NCBI GenBank assembly: GCA_963816145.1 | Contig: CAWFJP010000014.1 | Location: forward strand, 576,001 to 640,000 | Direction of reading: 5' to 3' | Source of the DNA: an uncultured delta proteobacterium | GTDB taxonomy: Bacteria > Desulfobacterota > Binatia > UBA9968 | DNA: 64,000 nt | In this document: piece after piece, positions 28,797 to 39,144 of the stretch | How the letters are laid out: every line of letters begins with the position of its first letter | How positions within the stretch are numbered: the stretch's first letter is position 1 | The notes under the pieces: generated by a model | What the model saw: the letters and a program-made list of their open reading frames with translations, nothing else | Databases searched by the model: none | What the model was told of the DNA's origin: nothing | Made by a program: the position numbers and the translations under genes

Positions 28797-29867
28797 TTAT
28801 CTTTCCCGCAGTGCCTTTTCCAACGGTCCATTCTCCCTGAACGGTTCCGGCCAGCCGATGTACTCTTTGAAGTCGGGGCGGGCTTTGACGAGATCGAGGA
28901 TGACGTTTTGGATGCCTTTGTCGGGGACCGTGGGGTTGGACTTGAATATCTTGGCGTAGGCTTGGACCGTGCGTTTGGTGACCGCCTGGTCTTTTTCACG
29001 CATCCATTTGGCGAAGGATTTCTCGGCGAAGCGGTGATCTTTCTTGATCAGTTGAATTCCCGCGACGTAGGCGCGCAAAAAGTCTTCGGTCACCTTGGGT
29101 TCGGCGCGGATAAACGCCCGGCTGCTGGTGACGCAAGATGACGGGTACACTAGGTCGGTGGTGCTCAAATCGACGAGCACCGGCCAACCCTTCTGCAAGA
29201 AGGGCATGGCGTAGCGCGTGGTCAGCGCGGCGGCGGCGATGACGCCGCGTTCCAGTGCCAGCGCCATTTCGGGGCCGGCGCCCATTTGTAAGATCAACAT
29301 GTCTTTTTCCGGATTCAGTCCGACATGTTTGAGGGCGGCGCGCAGATAGAAATGCGTCGTCGAACCGTAGCGGGTCACCGCGCTCGATAGTCCTTTGAGT
29401 TCTTGGGGCGATTTAATTTCCGGCCGGGTGATCAGATAGACGGGATCGGTGTCGACCGGGCAGGCGAGCAGAATGACGTCACCGCCGGCGGCGCGTGCGG
29501 CGATGACTGATTCGGCGCCGGCGCCGGAGAACGGCAAGTTGCCGGTGATGATTGCCAGGGTAATCAACGAGCCGCCGCGGATTTGCACCGGCTCGACGTT
29601 CAAGCCCGCTTTCTCGAATAGACCGGCGTCCTTGGCGACCCATATCGGCATGTGTGACGGCGATGCTGTTGTGCCGTAAAGGATGCGGCGGAGTTCCTGG
29701 GCGTGAGTGCTTACGGGAACTAACAGCGCGACAATCAGCAGGCACAAAACAACGGTGAGGTTCCAGCAGCGCTTACCCTCACCCCCGCCCTCTCCCGCAA
29801 GCGGGCGAGGGGGTTGGATACGCAGAGCGCGAGTAAGTGATTTCCGGTGTACGTGCCTTAACAACAT
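28797..29867 (-). CDS. NMT1/SsuA-like ABC substrate-binding protein (tandem copy 3; type G hairpin in-frame in the N-terminus)
   Basis: TAATG overlap with the upstream stop; mature part AQELRRILYG..WVAKDAGLF..LKG..AVTRYGS. Confidence 0.85.
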   Translation of the reverse strand: MLLRHVHRKSLTRALRIQPPRPLAGEGGGEGKRCWNLTVVLCLLIVALLVPVSTHAQELRRILYGTTASPSHMPIWVAKDAGLFEKAGLNVEPVQIRGGSLITLAIITGNLPFSGAGAESVIAARAAGGDVILLACPVDTDPVYLITRPEIKSPQELKGLSSAVTRYGSTTHFYLRAALKHVGLNPEKDMLILQMGAGPEMALALERGVIAAAALTTRYAMPFLQKGWPVLVDLSTTDLVYPSSCVTSSRAFIRAEPKVTEDFLRAYVAGIQLIKKDHRFAEKSFAKWMREKDQAVTKRTVQAYAKIFKSNPTVPDKGIQNVILDLVKARPDFKEYIGWPEPFRENGPLEKALRER

Positions 29868-30955
29868 TATTTCGGCAGAGCGCGCTCCAATGGGCCGTTG
29901 TCGCGGAACAGTTCTGGGTGGCCGAGGAATTCTTTTGGAACTGGACGTTGATTGACCAGATCTTTAAGGATGTTTTCAATGCCCTTGTCCGGCACGTTGG
30001 GCACGGCTTTGAACAAACGGACGAAGGCTTCGACGGACTTTGACAAGTTCGGCGATTCTTTTTCCTTTATCCATTTGACCAAGGTCCGTTCGGCGAGCTT
30101 TGGATCTTTCCGGACTAGCTGCAGGGCGCTCACGTAGGCGTTGAGAAAAGCGTTGACGGTTCTGGGTTCGGCTTTGACGAAGGCGCGGGTGCTGGTCACA
30201 CAGGAGGAAGGATAGACCAGATCGGATTTGCTCAAGTCGGCATACACGGGCCAATTGCGTTGCATGAACGGCAGCGTGTCTTTTATGGTCAATGCGGCGG
30301 CAGCGATTCTGCCGCCTTCGAGCGCGCTGGAGATCTCCGCGCTGCCACCGAGCTGGAGCAGCGTCATCTCTTTATCGGAATCGATGCCGACCATGCGCAA
30401 CGCGGAGCGCAGGTAGAAATGGATCGACGAGTTGAGGCGCGTGACGCCGGCCGCCTTGCCCTTGAGTTCCGCCGCCGATTTAATCTCCGGGCGCGCAATC
30501 AGATAGACCGGTTCGAGATCGGCCGGACAGGCGAGCAAGACAATGTCGCCGCCCTCGACGCGCGCGGCCACCACCGATCCCGCACCGACCCCGGAGAGCA
30601 CGGCTTGGCCGCTCATGATCGTCATGGTGCTGAGCGCGCCGCCGCGAATCTGCACGGGTTCGACGTTCAAGCCGTTCTTGGCAAACAGGCCGGTGTCTTT
30701 GGCGACCCAGACTGGCAAGTGCGAGATCGAAGTGGACACGCCGTAAAGGATACGGCGGGGCTCTTGGGCATGGGTGGGTCGTGCAAACAATGTCAGACCG
30801 ATAAGAACGAGAAATATCACACTTGTGATTCTTGAAGTTCTCATGATCGGTTTCTCGGAGCCCTCATCCTTGCCCCTTCGGCTTCGCTCAGGGCAGGCCT
30901 GTCCCAACGGACGAGGGGATCGGATTTGAGTCAATGCAAAGTTCTTTTGTTTCAT
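29867..30955 (-). CDS. NMT1/SsuA-like ABC substrate-binding protein (tandem copy 2; alternative start 30844)
   Basis: ATGA overlap with the upstream stop; mature domain closely similar to its neighbours. Confidence 0.85.
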   Translation of the reverse strand: MKQKNFALTQIRSPRPLGQACPERSRRGKDEGSEKPIMRTSRITSVIFLVLIGLTLFARPTHAQEPRRILYGVSTSISHLPVWVAKDTGLFAKNGLNVEPVQIRGGALSTMTIMSGQAVLSGVGAGSVVAARVEGGDIVLLACPADLEPVYLIARPEIKSAAELKGKAAGVTRLNSSIHFYLRSALRMVGIDSDKEMTLLQLGGSAEISSALEGGRIAAAALTIKDTLPFMQRNWPVYADLSKSDLVYPSSCVTSTRAFVKAEPRTVNAFLNAYVSALQLVRKDPKLAERTLVKWIKEKESPNLSKSVEAFVRLFKAVPNVPDKGIENILKDLVNQRPVPKEFLGHPELFRDNGPLERALPK

Positions 30956-31935
30956 TGGCGTGACAGCACTTTCTCTAATGGGCCGTTGTCGCGAAATAGT
31001 TCCGGCCGGCCGATAAATTCTTTGGCAACCGCGCGCCGGTTGGCGAGGTCTTTCATGACGGTCTCGATGCCTTTATCCGGCACGTAGGGCGCCAGCTTGA
31101 AAATCTTGCTGTAGGACTCAACGGTTTTCTTGATCAAGTACGGATCTTTTTCTCGGAGCCATTTTGCGAAGGTCTTTTCAGCGAACGCTGAATCCTTTTT
31201 GATCAGCTGGATCGCCGCGACGTAGGCGCGCAAGAAATCGTCCACCACTTTAGGTTCGGCTTTGACGAACGCTCGGCTGCTGGCGACACAGGAGGCCGGA
31301 TAGACGAGATCGGTCGTGCTCAAGTCGACGAACATCGGCCAGTTCTTTTGCATTAGTGGCAGCGCGTAACGAATCGTTAGCGCCGCCATGGCGATGCGGC
31401 CGTTCTCCAGCGCGGTCACAGACTCGGTGCCGGTACCGAGCTGGAGTATAGTCACGTCCTTTTCCGGATCGATGCCGACCTGGCGCAACGCCGCGCGCAA
31501 ATAAAAATGGGTGGTCGAGCCGAGCCTGGTGACCGCCGTGGCTTTGCCTTTCAGTTCCGCCGGCGATTTGGTGCCGGGACGGGCTATCAAATAGACCGGA
31601 TCGGAGTCAGCTGGACAGGCGAGCAGAACCACGTCGCCGCCTTCGATGCGCGCGGCGACGATGGATTCGGCGCCGGCGCCGGAGAACTGTAATTGGCCGC
31701 TCATGATGCCCATGGTGATCAAGGCGCCGCCGCGGATCTGCACCGGCTCGACGTTCAAGCCATTTTTAGCGAACAGGCCGGCGTCCTTGGCCACCCAGAT
31801 AGGCAGATGCGCGGTCGAAGTCGTCGTGCCGTAGTGGATGCGGCGCAGCTCCTGGGCCGCGCCGGGTCGGCATAGGACCAATACGACATATAGGACATAT
31901 GCCGCCCGTCGCCAGAGAATAACTTTTCGCCGCAC
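30952..31935 (-). CDS. NMT1/SsuA-like ABC substrate-binding protein (tandem copy 1)
   Basis: GTG 31935 lies just after the cupin stop; AQELRRIHYG..WVAKDAGLF..ELFRDNGPLEK. Confidence 0.85.
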   Translation of the reverse strand: MRRKVILWRRAAYVLYVVLVLCRPGAAQELRRIHYGTTTSTAHLPIWVAKDAGLFAKNGLNVEPVQIRGGALITMGIMSGQLQFSGAGAESIVAARIEGGDVVLLACPADSDPVYLIARPGTKSPAELKGKATAVTRLGSTTHFYLRAALRQVGIDPEKDVTILQLGTGTESVTALENGRIAMAALTIRYALPLMQKNWPMFVDLSTTDLVYPASCVASSRAFVKAEPKVVDDFLRAYVAAIQLIKKDSAFAEKTFAKWLREKDPYLIKKTVESYSKIFKLAPYVPDKGIETVMKDLANRRAVAKEFIGRPELFRDNGPLEKVLSRQ

Positions 31936-31945
31936 GGCGTGCCTG

Positions 31946-32416
31946 TTACTTGCTAAAATATTTGGCCTCCGCGCCATCTTGATTGAAGGGGACAAACTTG
32001 TTGACGCCGGGGCCGCGCACGTTGGGGGTTTCGCCGTCATCGAAGAGCCCGACGTGAGTGCTGCCGGCCTGGACGCCGAGAAGTGCCGGGGCGTGGGCTT
32101 CGGCCACTGTGCAATCGTTATCGGAGCGATTGTAAGCCCAGTGCACGGTGTTGGCCGGGACGCGGTGGAAGTCGCCTTTCTTGCAGAGAAAGCCCTTGTC
32201 TTTGACGAAAAACCAGATCTCGCCGTCGAGCACGTAATTGATCTGTTCGGATTCATGTTCATGTGGCTTGGTATGATAGCCCGGCTTGCGCGTGGCGATC
32301 ATTAAACTGCACTCGTTGCCATGGCCTTTGCGGACGACCATCCGGCCGGTACCGGCTTCGCCCGATTGATCCCTTTGATATTCCTTCACGTCGCTGCTTT
32401 TTACATGTAAAGGCAT
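31946..32416 (-). CDS. Cupin domain protein
   Basis: PHEHESEQINYVLDG...GDFHRVPANTVH. Confidence 0.9.
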   Translation of the reverse strand: MPLHVKSSDVKEYQRDQSGEAGTGRMVVRKGHGNECSLMIATRKPGYHTKPHEHESEQINYVLDGEIWFFVKDKGFLCKKGDFHRVPANTVHWAYNRSDNDCTVAEAHAPALLGVQAGSTHVGLFDDGETPNVRGPGVNKFVPFNQDGAEAKYFSK

Positions 32417-32533
32417 GAATCGTCCCCCTGGTTTTGAAAGATATCGATTTCGTACGCCAAGTGGGCGGGGCGGTCAAGCGCTAATTCCATTGACTTGGCC
32501 CCCGGACGGCAGTAAATGCAGAGGCGAGGAATT

Positions 32534-33509
32534 ATGATTAAGCTCATAGCGTGTCTTGCCGTGCTCGGCGCTTTGCTGCCGAGTGACTCGGTCGCCGAGA
32601 AGCTCATGCTCGCCCATGTGGCGATCAATCCCAGCCAAGGGATGCTCCACCTGGCCAAGGATTCCGGCATGCTGGCGAAGTACGGTTTTACCGCTGACGT
32701 GATCTTGATTCCGGGCACGCCGCGGACGATTCAGGCATTGATCGCCGGCGATTTAGATTACGTCGCCGCCGGCGCGCCGGCTTCCTTGCGCGCGCGCGCC
32801 CAGGGAGCCGATGTGACGATCCTCTCGACACTCGCCAACGTGTCGGCCCAGCGCGTTTTCCTCCGGCCTGATTCCAAGCTCAATAGTTTCAGCGAGCTCA
32901 GAGGCAAGATCATCGGCGTGACGCAGTACGGTTCCGGAGGCGATACGTTTTTGCGCGCGGCGCTGCGTAAAACGGGCATTAAAGAATCTGAAGTGACGAT
33001 TCTCCAAATGGGTGGTACGCCGGGCGTCGCACAGGGTTTGGAATCGGGCCGGATCGAAGTCGGCGTGCTCGGCGATTCCGGTTTGCTGTTGGTTTTTCGC
33101 GGGCGGGCCAAACCCTTGAAAGGCGGCAGCGCCAAAGAGCTGGGCATGCGTGGCACCGACGCGCCGCTGACGACCACGGACCGTAAGATCAAAACCGATC
33201 GCGCTGGTGTGCTGCGTTTCATGCAGGCGTATCTCGAAACCGTGCGTTTTTTTATGACCAATAAAGCCGGCACCGCGCGGCTCTTGGCCAAATACATGGG
33301 CGGCACCAGCGAGGAGCATATTTCCCAATGGTGCGACGATCTGCGCGCCAACATCAAGCCGATACCCTATCGCCGACGAAGAATCGTTACAAACCGAGTT
33401 GGAAATGATGAACCCGCCGGGGCAGCAGATTCCCGCGGGTTACATCAACAACAGTATTCTCGATGAGTTAAAAAAGAGTGGTTTCATAGATAAATTGGCT
33501 AAACAATAA
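32534..33509 (+). CDS. NMT1/SsuA-like ABC substrate-binding protein (frameshift ~33371)
   Basis: Signal peptide, LRGKIIGVTQYGS. Removing one base restores PYADEESLQTEL...INNSILDELKKSGFIDKLAKQ*. Confidence 0.85.
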
Positions 33510-33525
33510 ACAGGAGGATCGAACC

Positions 33526-33891
33526 ATGGCGAAGATCAGACATATCGCGATCAAGGTAGAGGATCAGGAGAAAGCGGCGAATTTCTATAAGCAGACTTTC
33601 GGCATGACCGAAGCCTGGCGCGGCCCGGTGCGCGACGACGGCAATCGGGCGATCTACTTGACCGACGGTTATATCAACATGGCGGTGCTGCCGGCGCGCG
33701 GTGGGCGTGAAGGCATCGACCACTTCGGCTTCCAAGTCGAAGACATGGACTGGACGCTCAAAAACGCCGAAGTTTCCGGCGCGCAAAAACAAGCGGACGT
33801 AAAACCCAAAGACGGCCGCTTCGCCGAGATGGGTGTGCGCGATCCGGTGGGGCAGCTGGTAGACGTCACGGTGCATGGGTGGAAATCGTAA
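33526..33891 (+). CDS. VOC family protein
   Basis: KIRHIAI, YLTDGYINMA, GIDHFGFQV, RDPVGQLVD. Confidence 0.9.
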   Translation: MAKIRHIAIKVEDQEKAANFYKQTFGMTEAWRGPVRDDGNRAIYLTDGYINMAVLPARGGREGIDHFGFQVEDMDWTLKNAEVSGAQKQADVKPKDGRFAEMGVRDPVGQLVDVTVHGWKS

Positions 33892-33905
33892 GTAAGAAAT
33901 TGAAA

Positions 33906-34928
33906 ATGGATAATGGAAAATTGAGAATGGTTTTGGTGCGCCTGTGCGTGTCGATAATAATTGCCAGCTTTCTGCTTATACCGGCGATTCACGCCGCCGA
34001 GCCGACCAAGGTTTTGATCGCCCATGGGGCGATAAGTAATAACGTCGAGCCGTTGTGGATCGCCAAGGAGCAGGGGATTTTTCGCAAGTACGGCATTGAG
34101 GCGGAGTTGGTGTTCATCATCGCAGGGCGGGCGATGCAGGCGATGCTCGCCGGGCAGGTTCCAGTCGGTCTTGTCGGCGGCACCCATGTGGTCAACGCCA
34201 ATACCGGCGGCGGCGATTTCGCGATGGTGCTTGGCCTGGAGAATCAGCTCGACTATTTGTTTCTGGCGAAGCCGACGATCAAGAGCGGCGAGGATCTCAA
34301 GGGTAAGAAAGTCGGCATCGGCACGCCAGCCGGGTCGGCGTCGATGGCGGCGTATGTGGCGTTAGATCACCTCGGTTTGGTGCCGCGCCGCGACAATATC
34401 GTCTTGCTCGGTATCGGCGGTGTCCCGGAACGCATGGGGGCGCTGCGGTCCGGCAGCGTCGATGCCACCGTTCTGTCGCCGGAAATCGGCCAACAAGTGC
34501 TCGGCGAAGGCTATCGCGTGTTGGTCGACCTGGGGAAAGAAAAGGTGCAGTTTCAATCCTCCGGGCTGGTTTTTTCGCGCGCCTGGATCAAGAGCAATGC
34601 GCAACTGGCGGAAAATATCACCAGGGCGACGGCGGAAGGCGTGGCGTACATTCATAAGCCCGCTAATAAAGACGTAGTGATGAAAAGCCTCGGGCGCAAT
34701 TTGCGTTTGAGCAAGCCCGAGCAAACGGAGAAGGCGTATCAGGGCTTGGTGGCTGCGCTGCCGCGCCGGCCTTGCCCGTCCATCGAGGGCATGAACGCCG
34801 TCACTACGCTCATGGCGCAACACGGCATCAACGCCAAGGCCTCGCAGCTGAAGGCCGACGAACAGGTGGATATGAGCTTTTGTAAGCGCTTCGAGGACAG
34901 CGGGTTTTTTAAAAGTTTGTATCAATAA
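33906..34928 (+). CDS. NMT1/SsuA-like ABC substrate-binding protein (start 33906 or 33927, both inside a tandem repeat arm)
   Basis: PLWIAKEQGIFRKYGI, DLKGKKVGI, SGFFKSLY. Confidence 0.87.
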   Translation: MDNGKLRMVLVRLCVSIIIASFLLIPAIHAAEPTKVLIAHGAISNNVEPLWIAKEQGIFRKYGIEAELVFIIAGRAMQAMLAGQVPVGLVGGTHVVNANTGGGDFAMVLGLENQLDYLFLAKPTIKSGEDLKGKKVGIGTPAGSASMAAYVALDHLGLVPRRDNIVLLGIGGVPERMGALRSGSVDATVLSPEIGQQVLGEGYRVLVDLGKEKVQFQSSGLVFSRAWIKSNAQLAENITRATAEGVAYIHKPANKDVVMKSLGRNLRLSKPEQTEKAYQGLVAALPRRPCPSIEGMNAVTTLMAQHGINAKASQLKADEQVDMSFCKRFEDSGFFKSLYQ

Positions 34929-34936
34929 AAAAACAC

Positions 34937-35118
34937 GTTCAAACCGTTCAATCGCGGGGCTCCGTTCACGTCGCTCCGTTCAAGCCGTTATCGGAGGTTC
35001 AATTCGTCTAACTGTCTTAGTCGAATTCTTCCTCCCCCGCGCCGCGGGGGAGGACCGAGGTGGGGGTTGAACGAAGCGCCAGCGATTGAACGGAGCGAAG
35101 CGGTTGAACGGCTTGAAC
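34937..35118. repeat. Type D palindromic element with a nested type G hairpin
   Basis: GTTCAAACCGTTCAATCG...TTCAAGCCG / TTGAACGG...TTGAACGGCTTGAAC; interior CCTCCCCCGC-GCC-GCGGGGGAGG. Confidence 0.8.
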
Positions 35119-35150
35119 AAATTCATCTTGAAGTGTGTGGGGACTGAAGA

Positions 35151-35927
35151 ATGACAGCGAATTTCAACGGCGCCGCTCTGCCAGCGGACCAATTTATCGC
35201 AGCGATTTGGCAGGAGCGGCGCCGCTACGTGCGTGAAGGGCGCATCAAACAGCCGCACCCTTGGCGCGTCGCGCTGAGCCAGGGCAAGGTATCGCGTCGC
35301 GCGCTGATCGAGTACGTCAAGAACCGTTACTACTTTCTCGCCAACATCAACCGCAAGGACGCCCAGGTGATCGCCAACTGTCCGATCTCCGACGCGCGCC
35401 GCATGCTGCTGCGCAAATATATCGACGAGGAGGGGCAAGATGTCGCCGGCGGCCAGTTGGGGCCGCATTACGACATGTGGCTAAAGATTGCCGACGCGCT
35501 GGGCATCTCGCGCGCAGTGATGCAGAGTTTCGACGAAGTGCTGCCGGTGTATCGTTACACGGTCGACGCGGTTTTCAATTTTGCCAAGCACCAGACTTGG
35601 CTGGAAGGCGTGGCCGCGACCTATGCCACCGAAGGGCGGATGTGGAAGCGCTACACCCCGAAAGCTGAGCACAAAGAGGAAGGCATGTTGGGCGAAGGCG
35701 AGGCGTGGACACGTCACTATGGCTTGCCCAAAGATGCGCTGTTGTTTTTCCAAGTGCACAGCGACGCCAATGACGAGCACGGCGATATCAACGAAGCGAT
35801 TCTCAAAAAATATTGTCTAACCGCGGAACAACAGCAAAAAGCGCTCGCCGCGGCACGCTTCCGTTGGGAGAATCAAGAAACCCGCAGCGATATTATTTAT
35901 CGGTATTTTGTGGTGGGGGAGAGTTGA
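35151..35927 (+). CDS. Heme-oxygenase-like iron-containing redox enzyme (PqqC/CADD/TenA superfamily)
   Basis: IDEEG...PHYDMW..ALG, YATEG, FFQVHSDANDEHG metal-ligand pattern. Confidence 0.8.
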   Translation: MTANFNGAALPADQFIAAIWQERRRYVREGRIKQPHPWRVALSQGKVSRRALIEYVKNRYYFLANINRKDAQVIANCPISDARRMLLRKYIDEEGQDVAGGQLGPHYDMWLKIADALGISRAVMQSFDEVLPVYRYTVDAVFNFAKHQTWLEGVAATYATEGRMWKRYTPKAEHKEEGMLGEGEAWTRHYGLPKDALLFFQVHSDANDEHGDINEAILKKYCLTAEQQQKALAAARFRWENQETRSDIIYRYFVVGES

Positions 35928-35974
35928 TAGAATACCAATTACAAAATCTGCGATCGGTTGAATTCCCAAGTAAG

Positions 35975-37150
35975 ATGAGTCGATTCCTAGACGGCGCTTC
36001 TCAGATAAATCCTCCCCCTCGATGGGGGAGGACAAAGGTGAGGGTGCCCAATATTTCGATGGCGTGCGCAGCACCCCCATCCCTGCCTTCCCCCGTCGAG
36101 GGGGAAGGAGTCGGAGGCGGAGCGCAGTTTGCGCTTCGTTGCTACATCTGGGCGTTCGTAACAATCGCGTCCATCTGTTTGACCACTGTCACATTCGCCC
36201 AGCAGCTTGAAACTCTCAATGTCTCCTACGCTTCGGTCACCGGCAGCCGCATTCCTTTGTGGATCGCCAAGGATGCCGGTTTGTTTGAGAAGTACGGCTT
36301 GAACGTCAATTTAGTTGTGATCGCCGCGGGCAATGCGGCGATTGGCGCATTGGCCAGCGGCGATGTCGAGATTCTTGGCGCGCCGGGTTCGACAACCATG
36401 GTTTCCGCTGCCAAGGGTTTGCCGTTTGCGATCATCGGCACCTTCGGGCCGTCGGCGTGGAAGTTGGCTGCGCATCCATCAATTACCACGATCGAACAGT
36501 TGCGCGGTAAAACGATCGGCATCAGCCGGCCGGGTACAACTGTTGAGTTTGCCACCAAGCGCGCGCTGCAAAAGCTTGGTTTGACACCGGGCAAAGACGT
36601 GAACATTCTCGCCACCGGTTTGGCCGAGTCGAACAAGCGGGTGCTGGTCATGATCCAAGGCAAAATCGACGCGACTTTGGTGAGTCCGGACAATCTTTAC
36701 GAAGCCGAACAGAAGGGCCTCAAGATATCGGTCCTATCGGATTTGAAAGACTTGGGCATATACACCAGCGCCAGCGATCTGTCGGCGAAGCGCGATTTTT
36801 TGAAGAACCAGCGTGCATGGGCGCGCGGTTTCATGATGGCGTTTTGCGAGGCGATCGCGCTGGGGCGGGCGAATAAAAACATCGCGCTGGCGAGCTTTCG
36901 CAAGCATATGCGCGAGAACGATCCGCGCCGGTTGGACAATCTTTATAAAAATTACGTCGTCGACTTTCTGCCGACCAAGCCGTTTCCCATGGAAGACGTG
37001 ATTCAGACCGAGATCGAAAACCTGAAAGAGACGCTGCCGGAGTTTCGCGGCAAGAAAGCCGCCGACTTCGTCGATAAGACTATTCTCACCGACCTCGAAC
37101 GCGAGGGATTCTTCACCCAGCTCGCGAGCAAATACGGGAAGCAACAGTAA
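35975..37150 (+). CDS. NMT1/SsuA-like ABC substrate-binding protein (start uncertain; type G doublet in-frame in the N-terminus)
   Basis: Mature part LNVSYASVTGSRIPLWIAKDAGLFEKYGL, LRGKTIGISRPG, LEREGFF. Confidence 0.82.
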   Translation: MSRFLDGASQINPPPRWGRTKVRVPNISMACAAPPSLPSPVEGEGVGGGAQFALRCYIWAFVTIASICLTTVTFAQQLETLNVSYASVTGSRIPLWIAKDAGLFEKYGLNVNLVVIAAGNAAIGALASGDVEILGAPGSTTMVSAAKGLPFAIIGTFGPSAWKLAAHPSITTIEQLRGKTIGISRPGTTVEFATKRALQKLGLTPGKDVNILATGLAESNKRVLVMIQGKIDATLVSPDNLYEAEQKGLKISVLSDLKDLGIYTSASDLSAKRDFLKNQRAWARGFMMAFCEAIALGRANKNIALASFRKHMRENDPRRLDNLYKNYVVDFLPTKPFPMEDVIQTEIENLKETLPEFRGKKAADFVDKTILTDLEREGFFTQLASKYGKQQ

Positions 37151-37329
37151 GGAGTCAGGTGAGGCGCAACCCCTTTCGTAGATTCATTTGCGCTATGGGT
37201 ATTCAAATTGCCTTACTCCCATTGCGTGTGAGACTTTCAATCCATTCGGAAGTCAGACACCAGATAAACAAAAATGATCAGCTCTGGGAGCGGGCGGACG
37301 CCTACTCCTTACCCTTTACCCCTGACGCG
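37150..37329. repeat. 7-bp-period element with inverted arms (AGGAGTCAGG.. / ..TACTCCTTACCCTTTACCCCTGAC)
   Basis: Degenerate arms around a ~130-bp spacer; related sequence at 58616-58663. Confidence 0.45.
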
Positions 37330-37408
37330 TTCCCTTGCTTGTTGACCTGCCGGGATCGATCGGATATTCCATTCAGATTGTTTCATTTGAAGAGGGGAGA
37401 TTTACAGA

Positions 37409-39020
37409 ATGCCGTATTTCGATTTACATCAGCATCTGAAGAATCTCGAAGAGCATGGTTTGCTCAGGCGCATCACGCGCTTGATCAACAAGGACACCGA
37501 ACTCCATCCATTAGTGCGTTGGCAGTATCGTGGCCTGTCGGAAGAAGACCGCCGGGCCTGGCTCTTTGAGAACGTCACCGATGCCAAGGGGCGCAAGTAT
37601 GATATGCCCGTCGTCGTCGGCGCTTTGGCGGGCAAGCCGGAGATTTATTATCTCGGCATGGGCTGCAACAGCGCCGAAGAAATGGACGCGATGTGGAAAA
37701 AAGCTCTGGCCGAGCCGATCAATCCCATTGCCGTGACCAACGCCAAGTGCCAGGAAGTCGTGATTCAAGGTGCTGAACTGGACAAAGAAGGCTGCGGATT
37801 GGACCGTTTCCCGGTGCCGATCTCGACGCCGGGATTCGACAACGGTCCGTACACGACTTGCTCGCACTGGATCACCGCCGATCTCGACACCGGGATTCAA
37901 AACATCGGCAACTACCGCGGCGAGATCAAAGCCGGCAAGCGCGTCGGCGTGTTTCCCTCGGGATTGGGCCAGGATATTTACTTGCACTGGCAGAAGGCGG
38001 TGCAGAAGGGCGTGCATCTGCCCGCCGCGCTGGTGATCGGCGCTCCGCCGATCGTGTCCTATGTGTCGGTGCAGAAGATTCCTTACGGCGTCGATGAGAT
38101 GGGCGTGGCCGGCGGATTGGCCGGCGAGCCGATCCCGATGGTGAAGTGCAAGACCCACGACATCATGGTGCCGGCGGATGCCGAGATTGTCGTCGAAGGC
38201 TATTTGAACACGGAATTCATCGAGCCCGAGGGACCGTTCGGCGAATCGCATGGCTACATGCATCCGCGCCAATTGAATCCGTTCATGGATGTGACTGCGA
38301 TCACTTACCGCAAAGACGCGATTTACACGTTCGTGGCTGAGCCAATTGACGCCGAGCGAATCGTCGGTCATCCGTAAAATCGGTTACGACCGCTTGATGC
38401 TGGTGCATCTGCGCGACGAGTGCCGCATTACTTCAGTCCTGCGCGTCGAGATGCACGAGCCGCTCACCAACACTTACAAGCTGGTCATCATTCAAATGCG
38501 CAAGCCTAATGAAGCCGAAGTGTGGCGCGCGCTGCACGCCGCCTGCTCGTTTCATCCCGGTGTCGGCAAGATCGTCGTCGCGGTGGATGAGGATATCGAC
38601 CCGTCCAACGAAGCCGCGGTATTTTGGGCGATGTGTTACCGCATGAAACCGCACAAGGATGTTCATATCGTTCCCGGCATGGAAAAGGGCCATGCTCCAC
38701 CGTTCCTATACGAGCATGACGTCAAGGGCACCGACGTGGTGTCGTACCATTTGCCGGCGGACGAGTCCGCGATGCTATGCAACGCGATTTTGAAGGAACC
38801 GTTCCCGCCGGTGTCGCTGCCCAAACGCGAATACATGGAGAACGCGCGCAAGATTTGGGAAGAGCTGGAATTGCCGAAGTTGCGGCCGCAATCGCCTTGG
38901 TTCGGCTACTCGCTCGGCCAGTGGAGCGAAGAGCTCGACAAAGAAGCGCAGCTAGCCGTCGAAGGCCGCCACTTTGAAACCGGTGAGAAGTTAAAGAAGG
39001 GCCGGGTCAAAGTTCGCTAG
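37409..39020 (+). CDS. UbiD family (de)carboxylase (frameshift ~38330)
   Basis: DLHQHLKNLE, WLFENV, NIGNYR, VPADAEIVVEG, EGPFGE..GY. The second ORF supplies KIVVAVDEDID..WAM..R. One extra T separates the halves. Confidence 0.9.
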
Positions 39021-39030
39021 TACTGAACAG

Positions 39031-39127
39031 GTTCAAGCCGTTCGATTAGTTCAAATCGTTCAAGCCGTTTAAGATAATGGCGGTTCGGACGTTTTGAACG
39101 ATTCGAACGGCTTGAATTTTTTGAACC
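39031..39127. repeat. Type D palindromic element between convergent genes
   Basis: GTTCAAGCCGTTCG..TTCAAATCGTTCAAGCCG / TTGAACGATTCGAACGGCTTGAA..TTGAAC. Confidence 0.8.
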
Positions 39128-39144
39128 TCCGCGAACGCGGAGCG

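Noticed and set aside
30952-32262. 436-aa SBP ORF overlapping the cupin gene
   Set aside because: The N-terminal ~108 aa is an off-frame reading of the cupin; the plausible start is GTG 31935.
35151-35927. True pqqC of a PQQ biosynthesis operon
   Set aside because: No pqqA/B/D/E nearby; only superfamily-level features are supportable.
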